From Basidiobolus meristosporus CBS 931.73 (Eukaryota; Fungi; Basidiobolomycota), in contig MCFE01000225.1 of assembly GCA_002104905.1 (NCBI GenBank), positions 1 through 64,000 on the forward strand: DNA of 64,000 nt, in the 5' to 3' direction. Position 1 is the first letter of the stretch. Each line of letters opens with the position of its first letter. This document shows positions 58,849 through 64,000 of this stretch, in pieces. The notes under the pieces are model-generated. The model saw only the letters and a program-made list of their open reading frames with translations. It was not told where the DNA came from and did no database searches. The position numbers and the translations under genes were made by a program.

Positions 58849-61800
58849 ATGATACGGGACAAGAGAAATGAGACTGCACTTTCGAAGTCAGCTCCAACGC
58901 CCAAGTATCTAGAGGACAATAGAAACATGCTTTGTGTAGCTCCTTTTAACTCAGTGATCGGTGAAAACCAGGATACAACTGAATGGAGAGATAGTTCCAG
59001 TGGAATGCCTACTTCTTACAATTCGGCACCAAGCGTCAAAGACCCAAAAGACAACATTAGCACCGCACCCGCACCCTTCCACTTAGAGTAGACACAGCCC
59101 ATGGTATGTATCCTCTAGCTAAACTTGGGTTGCGGGAGGAATTGATAAAGAACAGGCCACGCTCCAAATCGATGCAACGTTGGAACTCGTATTGCACCCA
59201 TAAACCTTACAGTCTGACAAATGCTACTGGCACTCGACTCAACACCCCAAAGATATTTGACATTTATCCAGGCTCTCTTCCTAATAGCCAGCAGGGCTCA
59301 ATGTTACCTCAAAAGACGACAGAATTCAAGCCGGCCAAGACAGCTCACAGGGCTTTTGAGCGTATATCGAAGCCAAACAGAGCACGCAACTCGACTCTTA
59401 CGGCAGCTCTGAACGCGGTAGACTCATCCTCAGAACAGGAAAAAACGAAGATGAACCTGGAGAAGTATAAGCACGCCATGTCAACAATCACTAAGAAATC
59501 TCTGATGGATTTGGGCGAGAGTGTGTCGGCACTGCCTGCCCATTCTGGGCAAAGCTCGGCTCAGACGAAAAATAAGAAAAACCTAACACTGGAGAACATT
59601 AACTCAAGAGCACACCCGGATGGTCCGAATTTATTATCGGCTTGTTCGTTGACTGACTCTACATCCTCTTGCACCAGTGCAGGCTCTGGCCGACTCCCCG
59701 TATCTCCGTTTGTCTCGCCCGCGTCTAACAAAAGTTCCTTTGAGCCTGAACTATCTTCATCCCCACGAAAACACCCAGGTTTCTCGAAACCAGTCCCAGT
59801 CCCCAAAACAAAACTAAGGATTGATGAAGCAAAAATGGTTGAGTCAAGCTCGTTCTCGAAAACCCACATCAAGCGTCCTTCAACGCCTTCCTCACTTCGA
59901 AATGTATTGAGCGCCCATAATTCAGATGCTGAGGATGCCAACAATCAAGGTATGGAATGCCACCTATCCTCATTGAAGGAGTTGAAATTTAACCCATCGT
60001 GTTATCCCAGGCCATAAATACATCCCTCATCTTGGAGACAGGGCAAAGATAGACGCAGATACCCTAGGCACAGACTCCTCCACCCACTCTGAATTCGATG
60101 ATGATGATTGCGAAAGCAATTCCTCTGAGATTTCTTTCAACTTCTCTGGCAACCGCTTTCGCAAATCGAGTCTACTGACCGAATCTATGTCCAAGCCACC
60201 AAATGATAATTTCTCGGCATTAGGATTGATTGATGAAAGGTTTTCGGCGTCTAGAGTAAAGCAAAGTATCTATGAAGAACTCAAGGCTGCAAAATCCAGA
60301 GCCGACCTGCAGATTCGATTACTCTTGGATCAGCTTTATCAAAATTTCGACGATGAAAAGCTGCCTGATGATCCCTCGTACATGAATACCATGGGCTCTG
60401 CACGGCCCAATAAACCACCCAAAGAATTCTCGAGACCCCAAAGCTGGCCCCCAACTGTTCTGAGTGAGTATCAGCCATTCACTTTTACTCAATACATCCC
60501 CTTGCTAACCATAGGATCTGCCTTGAACAGCATCATCGCACATTATGCTGTTATCGCGCATAGAATACCTGGCTCGACAAATCTTGGATGTCAGCATCGA
60601 AGACCTCAATCAAAAGGGGAAGGCTGGAGAAATCATGGCCCACATGTACCAGCTTTTGGATGAGCAGAAAGCGCTAGCAGTTGGGAACGCTCAGGTAGAT
60701 GAGCTTCTTACCAGTCTGGTATGGATTTTTGCCCCATGTGCACGCTTAGCAGGTGATCTGGTAAGAATTGGCCGAGCTGTTTTTTGTGTTGTGTTACGCT
60801 GGCATTAATCCATCATGTTTGTTTAGCAAAAAATCAAGGATGAACCAATGGTTCTCGACACCAGTGAGCTGATTCGAGTTGAAACACCGACCATCCTTGA
60901 GTTTGCCTCACCGTTTCGACCTACGTCACCTTTGAGGAATGAGTACTCTCAGGAAGACCCCGCTCCTGAGCTAACGTTATCACGACCGTTGTTTACTCCT
61001 CCTGTACTGGACACTATTCCAGCTAGCCCAGACCAGAATGTACCGCATAGCCTTTCGTTCCAACATCTGGCCATTTCGCCAACTCCTGCAACCCCAAGCC
61101 CCGTACTTGCGACATCCCCCACATTGACAGCATTAACCCCGATACAAAGCCCTAGACCACAGCCAACTTTAGCTAAAGCAATAGTTACTTCGCGTATTTT
61201 AGATTCAGCCTCGAATTCTCCACCGCTGTTGGAGAGGAGAAGAGTCTCCGAAGGCGCAGTTCAAATACGTCCAAACCATCTTATTCACCGCAGTACTGCC
61301 ATGGATGATAGCATTACTCACATGCGCACCGGGTCTGATATCGACCAGGTATTCCTAAACCACGATTTGGAGAGGGAGTTGATGTTACGTCGAGGCACCA
61401 GCGACCGGATTTCCCCAAAAGCAAAGGAGCAACGGAAGGTAGACTTGATCTCTTCATCTATCTTCCGATTCAATTGACTGACTTTTATCACCAGAGCGGA
61501 CGACAAGTGTTGAATTTTTTCAGGTCTCTGAAGCTATCAATGTCTGGAGGGTCTAGCTCCCTCTCGACACCTTTTGAGACGCCTCCCCATACACCTACGT
61601 GCTTAAACAATCGTCCAGATGAGGACAGTTTGTGCAGGCCGCGGCTGGTATCCCCAACAAACTCCCACCAGCTATCCAAAGAGAACCTGCCTTTTGATGA
61701 GTCGAAAACCGGGACACCGATTATGGCGGAGATGATATTATGTCGCATATGCGAGGAAGAGATCCCATCTCATCAGCTAGATCAGCATTCGGAGCATTGT

Positions 61801-64000
61801 GCCATTACTCAGCAGTTCCATATCAAGCAAGACGAGGTTAATATTGGCCTTCAACGACTTGCTGGATCAGTGGCCAGGAGACGACAGGAGTTGATGGTTA
61901 GCTCTTCGTAGATTCGAGTCCATGTAATAAGCAACTCACGTCTAATTGCATCATAGCAAGGTGGCTGTAGTAATCGCACGATCAAAGATGCCGAAAACAT
62001 CGAACACATGGTTAACAAGTAAGTAAGCCGCATACAAATGGTCAGCTGCATCTATATTGACAGTATTGCGTGACCAGAACTATCAGGATCAACGAAGCAG
62101 GGAAATATGCCAACACAAAGTTCCAGAAATACCGCGACAAACTTAACCGAATTGTCGGTAGCACACCGAGTTCCGGAATTGACATTCATATTATTACCTA
62201 TGCGAACAGAGCCGCCGATATGGTTAGTAACAGAAGCCTGGAATATGGCCCCTGCCATCCTCTAACTTGTGTTGACTAGATTCAGGAGAAGGCAGCAATC
62301 ATGGCCAATTTCCAAGCCACTTACACATCCAACTACTCTAACTCTATCTCCTCTGCTAATCTGAGCTTTCGATCTGGGCACGAGCTTGCTGGGAACTCAA
62401 ATGGCTTAAGCTTATCGAGCAATTACGGCCACAGTCACTCACGCAGCAGCTCAGCTTCTAAGCACTCCAACTCTGGTAAGCCCAAGCACTCTCCACTGAA
62501 TACGTAAGCGTTTTCTAAACAGCGTATCTGTAGAATCAGATTCTCCGATGGTTGGAACATCTGGATCCAAGAGGCTGGTCTCTCTCTTTACTGCCATTCT
62601 TCGAGGCGGTAGCAAGCGATCCCTATCCTACTCTGGATCCAGTAATACTCTTGAAAAAACGGTAATTCAGCCACTTGGTACACCATCTCGCCAGTCTCCA
62701 ATCTAACCGACTGTCTTTAAGACGCAGAGAAGCGCAAGAATGCCAAGCATTCGTGATTTCGAAATATTGAAGCCAATCAGTCGAGGTGCCTTTGGTAAAG
62801 TGTATTTAGCGAGGAAGCGGACCACACACGACCTGTACGCCATCAAGATCCTGAAAAAATCCGACATGGTCCGTAAGAATATGGTCAGTCAAGTCATGGC
62901 CGAGCGACGTGTGATGAGCCTTGCGAAGACCCCGTTTGTGGTGAAGCTTTACTATGCATTCCAATCTACTGACTATCTGTACCTGGTAAGAAAGCATACG
63001 ATGGCACACGGGAAATCTTAACCTCATCCGTTTCTGTTGTTCTAGGTGATGGAGTACCTAATTGGTGGTGATCTTAGCTCCCTGCTGCAAATCATGGGCG
63101 CTTTTGAGGAGGACATGGCTCGCATTTATGCTGCCGAGACCGTCCTAGCACTTGAGTACCTACATAATAACGGCATTACCCATAAGGACCTGAAGCCAGA
63201 TAATTTGTTGATCGACTCCGAGGGTCATATCAAATTAACAGTAGGCCCATCTCTTAGAGCTCGATTCATGAAGGCTGTACTAAGCTTATCATCCACAGGA
63301 TTTTGGCTTGTCCAGAATATCGGTAAAGGAGAAGGAATCATACTCTGGGTCTTCAACCGAAAAGATGGTACGATCTAATAATAATAACCCAATGCTCGGA
63401 TATGGATTCGCTCAATTGTCGTTCATTCTTGTTTCTAGAATCTCCGAGGGACGCTGCGATCTCATAAAAACCTTCGTCGTGCGGCCCTTGAGCAATCTTT
63501 CCAGCCCATGTCTCCACACGGTTCCTTGCGAGGGACATTGAGTCGAGATAAAATCGCATCTGCGCGTCTTCATGCTCTGAAAAGTGGCATTGTGAGGGAT
63601 ACCAAGCTGCTGGGAACCCCTGACTATCTTGCCCCCGAACTGCTAACCGGAGTAGGCCATGGTAAATTCACAATTGTTGTGCATTGAACAAATTCGATAG
63701 GTAACCAATGTATACCTAGGCCCTGCCGTTGACTGGTGGGCGCTAGGAGTATGTTTGTTCGAGTTTCTAGTAGGTTATCCCCCGTTTATGGATGAGACTC
63801 CCGAGAACATATTTAAAAACATCTTGAATCACGGTTAGTTGTGCATACCCATCTACATTTCTACTCAAACCAACTAACTCCCGATTTAGCGATTGATTGG
63901 CCACCCGAAGGCATTTTATCAGATACTGCCAAGGATCTGATTTCTAGACTGCTAACAGTTGATCCTGAAGCTCGGTTGAAATCGCAAGGTATTACACATT
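58849..64000 (+). CDS. Rim15/Cek1/Ppk18 (Greatwall/IRE-related AGC) kinase, truncated by the window end; start approximate
   Basis: IRE-like helical region, zinc-finger-like [20 protein letters not shown], and a kinase domain [42 protein letters not shown] [insert] [21 protein letters not shown]. Confidence 0.92.

Overview
Gene-dense, intron-rich eukaryotic DNA from a fungus, probably an early-diverging (Zoopagomycota/Mucoromycota-like) lineage. The lineage call is inferred from protein style and from short GT..CTAAC..AG introns, and it cannot be confirmed from the window. About 27 protein-coding genes can be reconstructed by eye, mostly housekeeping: two C2H2 transcription factors, a secreted 5'-nucleotidase, cytochrome b561, Mbp1/Res-type MBF subunit, PTRHD1, Nst1, Rpb9, two head-to-head small HSPs, Ran1/Pat1 kinase, an MFS transporter, Ufe1/STX18, a SET protein, Vps52, an elongase, Rpl10, a claudin-like protein, RPAIN, an AFF/Ebp1-like protein, ZC3H3/Red5, Cft1/CPSF160, Rax1-like, Rps12, a short CAP paralog, Ubp2, and a Rim15/Greatwall-family kinase cut off by the window end. 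There is also one tRNA-Gly(CCC). No transposon, CRISPR array or rRNA was seen. Best observations: (1) a box C/D snoRNA in a 3'-UTR intron of RPS12 whose guide targets the 18S position equivalent to human Gm436, matching vertebrate SNORD100, which is also hosted by RPS12; (2) a divergent pair of probably mitochondrial small HSPs sharing palindromic promoter elements, one copy carrying a 1-nt frameshift; (3) a CAP paralog lacking poly-Pro/WH2 and the dimerization end; (4) an AFF/Ebp1-like scaffold with a fourfold SIM-like repeat; (5) an HKD instead of HRD catalytic loop in the Rim15-like kinase. Gene spans are manual splice reconstructions, so ends may be off where noted.
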